The position numbers and the translations under genes are program-made. Source: a bacterium (GTDB lineage Bacteria; Patescibacteriota; Minisyncoccia; Phycocordibacterales; VMGT01). Taken from it: 64,000 bases of DNA. Positions 26,328-34,613 of the stretch are shown here, in pieces. Each line of letters starts with the position of its first letter. Position 1 is the stretch's first letter. The stretch spans positions 10,457 to 74,456 of the forward strand of contig JAUYPI010000018.1 in assembly GCA_030697645.1 (NCBI GenBank), given 5' to 3'. The notes under the pieces are model-generated. The model made no database searches, was not told the DNA's origin, and was given only the letters and a program-made list of their open reading frames with translations.

Positions 26328-27617
26328 ATGACATACCTGCAATCTCAAAACCGCGGCGCCGCTCTCACTCTCGCCGTTCTGATGCTCACCGCCGCCATGA
26401 TTCTCGTCGTCGGCGGCGTGATGTTCCCTGCGCTTCACGCGATCCGCTCCGCGCACGAGTTCACGCGCTCCGAGGACAGTTTTTTTCATGCTGAAGGATT
26501 GCTTGAGGACGTGCTCTATCGGATGCGCGAAGACGTCGACGTGGATACGCTCGAGGTTTTCTCGGAGAGCGGCCGCGTCGCCACCGCAACGGTAACAGCA
26601 GTGGGGACGCTCCAGGAGATCGTCTCACGTGGTGAGCGACTGCGCTCAGTGCGTAAGGTGCGCGCGCTTCTTGATATCGGCAGCGGTGGCGCGGTGTTTA
26701 ACTTCGGCATTCAAGCAGGCGATGGCGGTGTTGATCTCGATAACAACGCGAGCGTTATAGGCAATGTCTATTCAAATGGTCCAATAGTAGGCGAAGGCCT
26801 CAACGACATTACGGGCTCAGCCGTTTCAGCGAGTACAACGGGGCTTATAGACGACATTCATACCGGAGCGGATGCGTTCGCACACATGATCAAAGATTCC
26901 CTCGTTGACGGCGATGCCTACTATCAGATCATAACCGGCACGACTGTCACCGGCACGCCTTTCGATGAGAGTCCGGATCAAGCGACGAGCACGCTCCCCA
27001 TAAGTGACGCGATGGTAGCAGACTGGGAGGCGGACGCTGTCTTGGGCGGCACACTCGTGTGCAATAGCGGATCAGAGCATAAAATTACAAGCGATACGAC
27101 ACTTGGCCCGGTAAAAATTCCCTGCGATCTTGAGATTTCCGGCAATACGACGATCACACTTCGCGGCGTGGTGTGGGTCGAGGGAGATATGAATGTTCAG
27201 AATAATTCTATTATCCGCGTCGATCCTTCTTTGGGCGCGAAGAGCGTGCCAATTATCGCTGACAAGCCGTCGAGTCCTCTCACCAAAGGAAAGGTGATAC
27301 TGCAAAACCACGCCACGTTCCAAGGATCTGGAGTGGGTAACTCATATGTATTAGTCCTCTCGCAGCATGCTTCGAGCGGTTGTGGGGGCACACCGGCGAT
27401 TGATGCCAAAAATTTTGCGACCGGCGACCTCCTCGTCTACGCTGGCCATGGTGAGGTATTGATTGAGGACAACATTAATCTCAAAGAAGTGACCGCAAAC
27501 TGCGTGCACGCAAAGAACAGTGCTCAGGTTGTCTACGAAGGCGGACTTGCAACGCTCCTTTTTGTTACCGGCCCCAGCGGCGGCTATATCATCTCAAGCT
27601 GGCGGGAGGAGGAGTAG
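26328..27617 (+). CDS. large pilus-associated protein with an N-terminal pilin-like TM helix (PilX/PilY-like minor pilin or tip-adhesin candidate)
   Basis: N-terminal GAALTLAVLMLTAAMILVV helix, then a 400-aa Gly/Thr/Asn-rich domain. It is the last gene of the pilin gene series. Confidence 0.55.
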   Translation: MTYLQSQNRGAALTLAVLMLTAAMILVVGGVMFPALHAIRSAHEFTRSEDSFFHAEGLLEDVLYRMREDVDVDTLEVFSESGRVATATVTAVGTLQEIVSRGERLRSVRKVRALLDIGSGGAVFNFGIQAGDGGVDLDNNASVIGNVYSNGPIVGEGLNDITGSAVSASTTGLIDDIHTGADAFAHMIKDSLVDGDAYYQIITGTTVTGTPFDESPDQATSTLPISDAMVADWEADAVLGGTLVCNSGSEHKITSDTTLGPVKIPCDLEISGNTTITLRGVVWVEGDMNVQNNSIIRVDPSLGAKSVPIIADKPSSPLTKGKVILQNHATFQGSGVGNSYVLVLSQHASSGCGGTPAIDAKNFATGDLLVYAGHGEVLIEDNINLKEVTANCVHAKNSAQVVYEGGLATLLFVTGPSGGYIISSWREEE

Positions 27618-27620
27618 GTG

Positions 27621-27660
27621 GGCGAATTTCCAATTTCCAATAACCAATTTCCAAACAATT
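27621..27660. repeat. Heptad-repeat fragment (B-type units) upstream of tpiA
   Basis: GAATTTCCAATTTCCAATAACCAATTTCCAAACAATTTTGC. The ORF track translates it as a spurious N-terminal extension of TpiA. Confidence 0.6.
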
Positions 27661-27695
27661 TTGCTTCAGCGTGCCGCGTGCGCTACACTGGGGCC

Positions 27696-28469
27696 ATGGC
27701 GGCAGGCAGACAATACTTTCTCGTTGCAAACTGGAAGCTTCACCCGGCGCGGATGGCCGAGGCGAAGATGCTCGCGGGTATTGCAAAGAAGCGGGCGAAT
27801 CGCTGCACTCGCGTGCTGAGCGTAATTTGTCCGCCCGCGATTTTTCTCGCGGAGCTTGCCGCACGCTACAGCTCGCAGAGGCTCTCCTTCGGCGCGCAGG
27901 ATTGCTTTTTTGAAGAGCGCGGCGCATTCACCGGAGAAATCGCGGCGCAGATGATTAAAGACGTGCGGGGGCAGTATGTGATTCTCGGCCACTCGGAGCG
28001 CCGCGCACTCGGTGAGACTGACGAGACGGTTAGTAAGAAAGTACGCGCCGCGCTCGGCGCGGGGCTCACCGCAGTGCTCTGCATCGGCGAGCGCGAGCGG
28101 GACGATGAGGGTCGCTACCTCGCGTTTCTCGAAAGCCAGCTTGGGGCGGCGCTCGCAGGGCTCTCGCGGCAGAAGCTCGGCAAGCTCATGGTCGCCTACG
28201 AGCCGATCTGGGCTATTGGGAAGGGCGCGGAGAGCGCAATGGGTCCGCACGACATGCACGAAACTTCGCTTTTTATCCGGAAAGTTCTTCGCGAGCGCTA
28301 TGGCGAGAGAGCGGCGTTTGCCGTGCCCATACTCTACGGCGGATCAGTCGCACCGGAGAACGCGGCAGCGATTGTGCGGGACGGCGAAGTCCAAGGCCTC
28401 CTCGTGGGCCATAAGTCGCTTGACCCGAAGGCATTCGGGGAGATTATGGGAGAGCTTGACAGCATTTGA
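27696..28469 (+). CDS. tpiA: triosephosphate isomerase
   Basis: VANWKLH, ILGHSERR and AYEPIWAIGKG catalytic motifs. Confidence 0.9.
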   Translation: MAAGRQYFLVANWKLHPARMAEAKMLAGIAKKRANRCTRVLSVICPPAIFLAELAARYSSQRLSFGAQDCFFEERGAFTGEIAAQMIKDVRGQYVILGHSERRALGETDETVSKKVRAALGAGLTAVLCIGERERDDEGRYLAFLESQLGAALAGLSRQKLGKLMVAYEPIWAIGKGAESAMGPHDMHETSLFIRKVLRERYGERAAFAVPILYGGSVAPENAAAIVRDGEVQGLLVGHKSLDPKAFGEIMGELDSI

Positions 28470-28493
28470 TCCTCAATCATCAGGCGTTGTCAG

Positions 28494-28625
28494 AATTTTC
28501 AATGCTCAATTTTCAATTTTCAATCAATTTTCAATTACTCAATTTTCAAACACGACGCAGCCCGTCTTTGAATCATTGGGACATTGAAAATTTATTGGAA
28601 ATTGGAAATTGGAAATTGGAAATTT
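28494..28625. repeat. Palindromic heptad-repeat element, hybrid: A-type left arm and B-type right arm (GGAAATTGGAAATTGGAAATT)
   Basis: GAATTTTCAATGCTCAATTTTCAATTTTCAATCAATTTTCAATTACTCAATTTTCAAACACGACGCAGCCCGTCTTTGAATCATTGGGACATTGAAAATTTATTGGAAATTGGAAATTGGAAATTGGAAATTT. Confidence 0.85.
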
Positions 28626-29784
28626 AGACCGTGCACATATTCCGAGCATTCGAGACGCTGCCAATCTTCGAGGCAAGCGGATAGTGCTGCGCCTGGACTT
28701 GAATGTCCCTCTGACTCCGCAAGGCGAGGTGGCGGACGATTTTCGTATTCGCAAGGTGTTGCCGACGCTCGCGCTGCTCGGTGAGCGGGGAGCACTGGTG
28801 CGCGCCGTGAGCCACATTGACGGTGCGGGGGGGTCGCTGCGCGCGGTTGCGGACTATATGGTTCGGCATCTTGGCGTCGCGCTCACATTTGTGCCGGAAA
28901 TGGCGCACCCGCAAGCTGCACTCGTACTCGAGCGCCAGAGTCCGCGCGAGATTGTGCTTTTTGAAAACATCCGCCGCGAGCCCGGGGAAGAGCGTAATGA
29001 CCCGGCGTTTGCCGAGCGTCTCGCTGGCCTCGGGGATGTATATGTCAACGACGCGTTCTCCGTGTCGCATCGCCCCCACGCCTCGATTGTCGGCGTGCCA
29101 AAACTCCTTCCATCCTATACGGGGCTCCAGTTTACTGATGAAATCGAACACCTCTCGCAGGCCTTTGACCCGCCGCGCCCGTTTATCTTTATCATCGGCG
29201 GCATTAAATTTTCGACGAAGTTGCCTCTCGTGCGTAAGTTCCTCGATATCGCCGATGCCGTGTTTGTCGGCGGCGCGCTTGCAAACGACATTTTCCGGGC
29301 GCGCGGGCTCTCGGTGGGGAAATCGGTTGTTTCAGAGGAAGCGCTTGATCTATCTGGCATCGTTAATCACCCAAAACTCCTCACGCCCTCGGACGTCCGG
29401 GTGCGTCCGGCGGATGATCCGCGCGAAGAGGCAGCGCACCTCGCGCGGCCGGAGAATGTCAGCGCCGACGAGATTATTATGGACGCGGGGCCAGCGACAC
29501 TTGAGGCGCTTCGCGAGAGCATCGGCTCGGCAGCGTTCATTGTCTGGAATGGCCCCCTTGGCGATTACGAACATGATTTCGAGGAGGGGACCGAGGCGCT
29601 TGCGGCTTTGATCGCTGCGGCACTCGGGCGCTCGGTCGTTGGCGGCGGCGATACCATTGCCGCGATCAGTCGCCTCAAACTTGAAGCAAAGTTCACCTTT
29701 GTCTCCACCGGCGGTGGCGCGATGCTCGACTTTCTCGCCGATAGCATGCTGCCGGGTCTTGAGGCGTTGATGGCGCGTGTGTGA
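28609..29784 (+). CDS. pgk: phosphoglycerate kinase. The true start is probably GTG at 28631; the first codons of the ORF are translated repeat
   Basis: KRIVLRLDLNVP N-terminal motif, hinge and C-terminal GGGDT / TGGGA nucleotide-binding motifs. Confidence 0.9.
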   Translation: MEIGNLDRAHIPSIRDAANLRGKRIVLRLDLNVPLTPQGEVADDFRIRKVLPTLALLGERGALVRAVSHIDGAGGSLRAVADYMVRHLGVALTFVPEMAHPQAALVLERQSPREIVLFENIRREPGEERNDPAFAERLAGLGDVYVNDAFSVSHRPHASIVGVPKLLPSYTGLQFTDEIEHLSQAFDPPRPFIFIIGGIKFSTKLPLVRKFLDIADAVFVGGALANDIFRARGLSVGKSVVSEEALDLSGIVNHPKLLTPSDVRVRPADDPREEAAHLARPENVSADEIIMDAGPATLEALRESIGSAAFIVWNGPLGDYEHDFEEGTEALAALIAAALGRSVVGGGDTIAAISRLKLEAKFTFVSTGGGAMLDFLADSMLPGLEALMARV

Positions 29785-30009
29785 AGTCGGTTAGTTTTCA
29801 CTCTCCGGGGTTTTTGGGGTTGGGGACGACCACTTCTCCGACTGAATACCCAATATCAGCTTTCATCTTGCGCGGACTTTTTCGCGCCTCAATGCCTCTC
29901 TGTATCGCGCCCACTAAGGCCTCTTCAAATTCGCGTGTCTTGGAAATTTTTCTAGTTTTTCTGCTTGAAACCGCCAGAACATGTCTTTGACGGCTTTCTC
30001 GCTAAAATA

Positions 30010-30786
30010 TCACACGCTATATTCCCAATTTCTAATTTTTTCTGCATACTGCTCCTGCAATATAAGATATTCCTCTTTCAGTAAGAGCAACAATTGGGTG
30101 TCGGGGTAGCACAAACGAAATTCTTGATCACGTTGGTATGAGTATGGCGCGAGAAAATTTTTAATTTCTACAAAAAGATCCAACTCGGGTAAATAGAAAT
30201 CTGGCGTATAATTTTGTCTTAAAAGCCGAAACGTCTTTGGTTGATGTACCCATCTAATACTAAAGAAATCAAGCAGGCGGGCAAAGTTGGCCTCCCACCG
30301 ACTATAGAAATATATATCTCCGAGATCAGCACGCACGCCAGCCTTGGCGCGTGCGGCTCGTGGAGACGTTGGTTTTCCACCAATTACTTGCATCGCGCAC
30401 CTATTGCTGCAAAACTTTCGAGGCTGCCATCGCGCAAATACAATTTCTTTGCCGCACAGTGCGTTTTCACACCTCCCTCGTACAGGAGGTACCCGGATGA
30501 CACCTTTATGCTTATTGGGGCGACCGCGTAGTGCGTTTGCAATTTTATGCCTCGTGGCCTCAGTGTGGTGACGCAGAACGTTATTATACATCGCCGCGCA
30601 AGATTGAGAACAAAACTTTTTAGGGTCGGAGGGATTAACGACGAACACCCGACCACAGGCAACTTGTAGACAAGTTCGTTCCTCCTTTTTGCACAAACTA
30701 CCTAACTTACCTTCCTTCCAACCGTTGATAGAAATCACGCTTTGTTTTTCTCTGTATTCCAAAGAATCGTAAAAAGCGTATCTCAT
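30010..30786 (-). CDS. PD-(D/E)XK-nuclease-like protein with two N-terminal Cys-rich (zinc-ribbon-like) repeats. AT-rich, and abuts the tRNA-Thr 3' end
   Basis: C-terminal YTPDFYLPELDLFVEIK fits the D...E-x-K restriction-endonuclease-like motif. Tandem CxxC...FCSxxC repeats (KKFCSQSC, RKFCSNRC). ~40% GC. Confidence 0.55.
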   Translation of the reverse strand: MRYAFYDSLEYREKQSVISINGWKEGKLGSLCKKEERTCLQVACGRVFVVNPSDPKKFCSQSCAAMYNNVLRHHTEATRHKIANALRGRPNKHKGVIRVPPVRGRCENALCGKEIVFARWQPRKFCSNRCAMQVIGGKPTSPRAARAKAGVRADLGDIYFYSRWEANFARLLDFFSIRWVHQPKTFRLLRQNYTPDFYLPELDLFVEIKNFLAPYSYQRDQEFRLCYPDTQLLLLLKEEYLILQEQYAEKIRNWEYSV

Positions 30787-30789
30787 AGA

Positions 30790-30863
30790 GCCGGTGGAGG
30801 GACTCGAACCCACAAAGCCTTCGCTTTACAAAAGCGCTGCTCTACCAATTGAGCTACACCGGC
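30790..30863 (-). tRNA. tRNA-Thr (anticodon TGT), probable
   Basis: Minus strand: acceptor GCCGGTG/CACCGGC, D-arm GCTCAATTGGTAGAGC, anticodon stem-loop GCGCT-TTTGTAA-AGCGA, T-loop GGTTCGAGTCC. The variable region is one or two nt longer than canonical, so the fold is slightly irregular. Confidence 0.65.
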
Positions 30864-30963
30864 GCCTCTCAACCACCACACTAACACAAAAGCCCTGCCT
30901 CTTGCAGGGCTGTCGGCACTCTTTGCTCTCCACTCGCCGCTTTCTCGTTCTACCCTCCACCCT

Positions 30964-31347
30964 CTACTTTCCATCCGCTACTCTCTCTTTGTACCCTGCC
31001 ATCTTACGCAAGAAGGGCGAGGCGGTGGATGTCGCGGCGAGCGCACGTTTGCTCGCAAACATCATGTTCGTCGCACGCTGAGAGATCAGCGCGCTCGGCG
31101 CGCGCACGCGCGAGAATTGCTCAATCACGGCATTGGCAGAGCGCGCGATACACACACACACACGCACTCGTGAATCAGCCCCAAGCGCCGAGCGACATGC
31201 ATCGAATGCTCCGCTCACCACCGCATCCGCGGCTTCTCTCCTTGTGCCGCCAAAGCGTCGTCCCACGTGCATTTGACGGGCGGCGAGGATAAAAAGCGCG
31301 GCAAGGGCACCGAGCGAGCTTAGAAACACGACGATCAAGGCCGTCAT
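30964..31347 (-). CDS. hypothetical small membrane protein (low confidence) containing a (CA)8 microsatellite
   Basis: N-terminal hydrophobic helix. ACACACACACACACAC at 31148-31163 lies in-frame. Confidence 0.3.
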   Translation of the reverse strand: MTALIVVFLSSLGALAALFILAARQMHVGRRFGGTRREAADAVVSGAFDACRSALGADSRVRVCVCIARSANAVIEQFSRVRAPSALISQRATNMMFASKRALAATSTASPFLRKMAGYKERVADGK

Positions 31348-31508
31348 AGAAGTTCTGCGCTAGAAGTCATGGTATGATTACAGTGTAGCATACTGACGCA
31401 AAATATGCTCCAGCTCTTTCCACAATTTCGTATTCATTCGCTTCCAGCGCCGCGGTTTGGAAGTTGGAGGTCATAATTTTAGCGCATAATGCAAAATAAC
31501 ACAGTAAA

Positions 31509-31667
31509 AATTCCAAGCTCCAACCAACAAATTCCACGTAAATTCCAAGCTCCAAAAAACAAGCTCCAAACAAATTCCAATGATTCAAATTCCAATTTCC
31601 AAACACGCACGTTTGAGATTTGGAGTTTGAGATTTGTTTGGAAATTGTTTTTTGGAATTTGGAAATT
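31509..31667. repeat. Palindromic heptad-repeat element, B-type, upstream of smpB
   Basis: AATTCCAAGCTCCAACCAACAAATTCCACGTAAATTCCAAGCTCCAAAAAACAAGCTCCAAACAAATTCCAATGATTCAAATTCCAATTTCCAAACACGCACGTTTGAGATTTGGAGTTTGAGATTTGTTTGGAAATTGTTTTTTGGAATTTGGAAATT. Confidence 0.85.
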
Positions 31668-31693
31668 CATTTTGCTTTTTGTACTACCATACC

Positions 31694-32146
31694 ATGCCCC
31701 AGCTGCTCACCAACAAAAAGCGCTTGACCGACCTCGACGTCCTTGAGACGCTCGCGGCGGGCATCGAGCTCCTCGGCCACGAGGTAAAAGCCCTGCGCAC
31801 CGGCATGGGGTCGCTCTCGGCAGCACACGCGATCGTGCGCGGCGGCGAGGCGTTCCTCGTCAACATGTCGATCCCGCCCTACCAGAGCGCGAACACTCCC
31901 GCAGGCTACGATCCAGAGCGGCCGCGAAAACTGCTCCTCAGACAACAAGAAATCGCCCACCTTGCCGGCTACGAACGACAGAAGGGCTTGACAATCATAC
32001 CAATTTCTGTGTATACTTCCCGCAGGAAGATAAAAATCTCGCTCGCGATCGGCCGCGGCAGGAAAAAACACGATAAACGTGAGGTTCTCAAAAAGCGTGA
32101 CGCCGAGCGCGACATGCGACGCACTGTAAAGAGCAGTTCGCGCTAA
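31694..32146 (+). CDS. smpB: SsrA-binding protein SmpB
   Basis: KKRLTDLDVLETLAAGIELLGHEVKALR ... EAFLVNMSIPPY ... RPRKLLLRQQEI ... KKHDKRE matches the SmpB fold and the C-terminal basic tail. Confidence 0.9.
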   Translation: MPQLLTNKKRLTDLDVLETLAAGIELLGHEVKALRTGMGSLSAAHAIVRGGEAFLVNMSIPPYQSANTPAGYDPERPRKLLLRQQEIAHLAGYERQKGLTIIPISVYTSRRKIKISLAIGRGRKKHDKREVLKKRDAERDMRRTVKSSSR

Positions 32147-32163
32147 ACCCTCAGCAGTCGTTC

Positions 32164-32199
32164 CCAGCACCACTTTTACGCTTGTAAAAGTGGTGCTGG
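32164..32199 (+). terminator. Perfect 16-bp hairpin between smpB and the tmRNA 5' end
   Basis: CCAGCACCACTTTTAC-GCTTG-GTAAAAGTGGTGCTGG. Its 3' arm runs directly into the GGGGATG acceptor of ssrA. Confidence 0.5.
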
Positions 32200-32609
32200 G
32201 GATGATTGGTCTTGACAAAAGAATACGCCCGTGAGGTGCGCAGGAGTGCTCCGACATCACTTAAAAAGGCCGGAACCAATACGTGCCAAGAACACTCTTG
32301 CACGAGCAAAGTCTATTCTTTCTCCCTATTTTGGGGTAAGCGACTTTGCTCTCGCATACGCCTAAAGCCGCGTCAGCGGTTTTCACGTCTGCGACGCTTG
32401 TTCTCTTTGACGCCCGATAAGACCGAACGAGTGTAATAAAAATTCGGACTGGAGCGCCGCGTGTCCCGCGCAGCGCTCAAGATTCTAGGGACGGCACGCT
32501 CGGTGAGATTTTGCTTGTTTCTCACTCGCCAGTGTATAAAAACAAGCTACCCTGCGTAGATGCCTCAGAGCAATTCTTTTGCACCCGGGTTCGACTCCCG
32601 GCATCTCCA
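32198..32609 (+). ncRNA. ssrA: tmRNA (transfer-messenger RNA)
   Basis: 5' GGGGATGATTGGTCTTGAC (tRNA-like domain acceptor and D-analogue), 3' GGGTTCGACTCCCGGCATCTCCA (T-arm and acceptor), with a G3.U70 wobble as in tRNA-Ala. It follows smpB. A candidate tag reading frame is GCAAAG...GCCTAA at 32306-32365. CCA is not encoded. Confidence 0.85.
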
Positions 32610-32712
32610 CTCGACTCGCCCCTCCTCGCGGAGGGGCGCGCTCGTAACGCTCGTAAAAAAACGAGGCGTTAAAAACAGCATACGTAAGTTACCCTGTCTT
32701 TTTGATGAACTT
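32605..32712 (+). repeat. Direct repeat copy 1 (about 107 bp): the last few nt of ssrA plus the downstream terminator region
   Basis: CTCCACTCGACTCGCCCCTCCTCGCGGAGGGGCGCGCTCGTAACGCTCGTAAAAAAACGAGGCGTTAAAAACAGCATACGTAAGTTACCCTGTCTTTTTGATGAACTT is duplicated with one SNP at 34183-34289. Confidence 0.85.
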
Positions 32713-32930
32713 TTTTTCTTCTGCTGGGATTAGTCCTCCACATTCCGCGCATCGTTTTAACCACTGCACACTAAAGCGCGAAATAGTTTAAAACAAACTA
32801 TTTCTGTGGATTACTATACCACTTGATTTATTGTATAAAATATTGTAGTGCTAATGCAGACTAAAGACCGACAATTCCGATCCTCATAACATAAGGAGGG
32901 AGCATATCTCCTCAAGATCGGTGGGAGTCT

Positions 32931-33707
32931 GTGCCTAAGCTGGAGTGTGCATTGTTCGATGGCGGCGCCTGGAGCTTCATACTCCCGATTGCAGTGGTGT
33001 TGGGATGTATTCTAGTATTGTTCCTCCATACTATGCGCCGCTCACGGCGCGGAGAAGCCATATCGTTAAGTGAGTGGCTACCAACTCCTCCAACGGGTCC
33101 AGATTCACAGTCGCCCACGACATGGCTAATCTATGGGCTGAGTGTCGTGAGTAGAGTCCTCCCGCTAGCAACGTTCTCGAAAGTATTTTCACTGCGCTGG
33201 CATATCGTTGTGCACGACGCGTATTTTGCGTTCTGGGTCGCGCTTGCATTGGCAACGCTACTATGGCCTCAGTATGTGGATTTACCGTTGCCGCTCTTCA
33301 TACTTCGGATAGGCGAGCACCTCACCGTATTTCTATATGAACTGATATACATTAGCGGTTTGCCGGCAAATCTGCGCCGACAAGTCCGATTCTCAATCGT
33401 GTATCGTATGCTCTTTGAAGAGATCCAGATCTTTTTCACGGTGGTGATATACGCCGCCGCGATCTATCGCGCATATGCGCCGTATATCGGGCTCGAAACA
33501 AGTTCCTCCCCGGCATGGGACGCGCTCTACGTGAGCATCGTAACCATAAGTACGCTCGGGTTTGGTGACCACGTGCCTCGTGACTGTCTTCGGTTGGTTG
33601 TCATGGCTGAAGTCCTCGTGGGTATGTTCATCGTGATTATCGGCATCGCTCGCTTGGTCGGTAAGATTACCGGATATATGGGCAACCATGACCAGACGAC
33701 AGCATAA
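32931..33707 (+). CDS. potassium-channel-like membrane protein, encoded in an islet bracketed by ssrA 3'-end repeats
   Basis: Multi-TM protein with a pore signature VTISTLGFGDHVP (TxGFGD selectivity-filter-like) near the C-terminal TM pair. The flanking leader is AT-rich. Confidence 0.6.
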   Translation: MPKLECALFDGGAWSFILPIAVVLGCILVLFLHTMRRSRRGEAISLSEWLPTPPTGPDSQSPTTWLIYGLSVVSRVLPLATFSKVFSLRWHIVVHDAYFAFWVALALATLLWPQYVDLPLPLFILRIGEHLTVFLYELIYISGLPANLRRQVRFSIVYRMLFEEIQIFFTVVIYAAAIYRAYAPYIGLETSSSPAWDALYVSIVTISTLGFGDHVPRDCLRLVVMAEVLVGMFIVIIGIARLVGKITGYMGNHDQTTA

Positions 33708-34182
33708 TGCCGGGCGTAACAGAAAGAGCAACCCCCTGATTTTTTGAAATCAGGGGGTTGAATATTGTGAGAGCAGGACTGCCGTTTTATTTCCTGTCGA
33801 GCAGGCGGCGTATTAATCCCTTTACGTAGGCGATACAGGCGCGACGTCTTTTCATTCTTGCTAATTTCCTCCTCTGCTCTTCGGCCATTCCTTCGTCAAT
33901 TTCTGCCTGCGATACAAAGATTCCCCCGCGTATACAAATCACCCGTGCTTCTCGCATACTTCGTTCTCCGGCAGTAGAATTATTCACGACTCCCATGTCT
34001 TTTCCTTATGTAGAAAGCAAACGAATGTGTAGTGACGTACCCCTCTAATCTTATAAAATTTTACTATGTATATCTTAATAAGTCAAAAATTGCGCTCGTA
34101 GGTTCCACAAGCAAGCGAAATATCTGGCATATGAATATATCCCATTTCCCCCTCAAAAATAGTTCTAACGTCCTGCACGGTG

Positions 34183-34289
34183 CTCCACTCGACTCGCCCC
34201 TCCTCACGGAGGGGCGCGCTCGTAACGCTCGTAAAAAAACGAGGCGTTAAAAACAGCATACGTAAGTTACCCTGTCTTTTTGATGAACT
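34183..34289 (+). repeat. Direct repeat copy 2 of the ssrA 3'-end / terminator segment
   Basis: About 99% identical to 32605-32712 (CCTCGCGG becomes CCTCACGG). Confidence 0.85.
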
Positions 34290-34613
34290 TCGTTTTGTTT
34301 CTATGGTGCTAAACCCATCACGCACTTCGCACGGAAATCAAGCCCGTAAACAACCCTGTGCTCTTCGCACAGGGTTGTTTATATACGTTTGATTTGTAGA
34401 AGCGCGGCTTACTCGATTGCCCCCGTCTCCACACGCCACCCCGCACACCGTCACTGCCGTGGCGGTGTTTGTATGATGAGCAGATACGGAGGGAATCGAG
34501 TGCGCGCTCGAGAACAACTATAGCGCTCCCTACCATGCAGTTCGTATAATGGTGCGTAATTCATAGTTAGTGTGTTACATTTTATTTTCTTGATATCTTG
34601 ATAGATGTGGGGG

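Noticed and set aside
27618-27695. N-terminal extensions of TpiA (MGEFPISNNQFPNNF) and Pgk (MEIGNLD), and ORFs such as 26286-26489 and 22242-22493 ending in FQFSIFNFQ
   Set aside because: These are translations of the heptad repeat, which is in-frame by chance. They are not protein sequence except where they are embedded inside murD.
20244-28625. Possible CRISPR array, given many near-identical short repeats
   Set aside because: The repeats are heptad tandem units arranged as two inverted arms around a conserved core. There are no regularly spaced unique spacers and no cas genes, so this is a palindromic repeat element rather than CRISPR.
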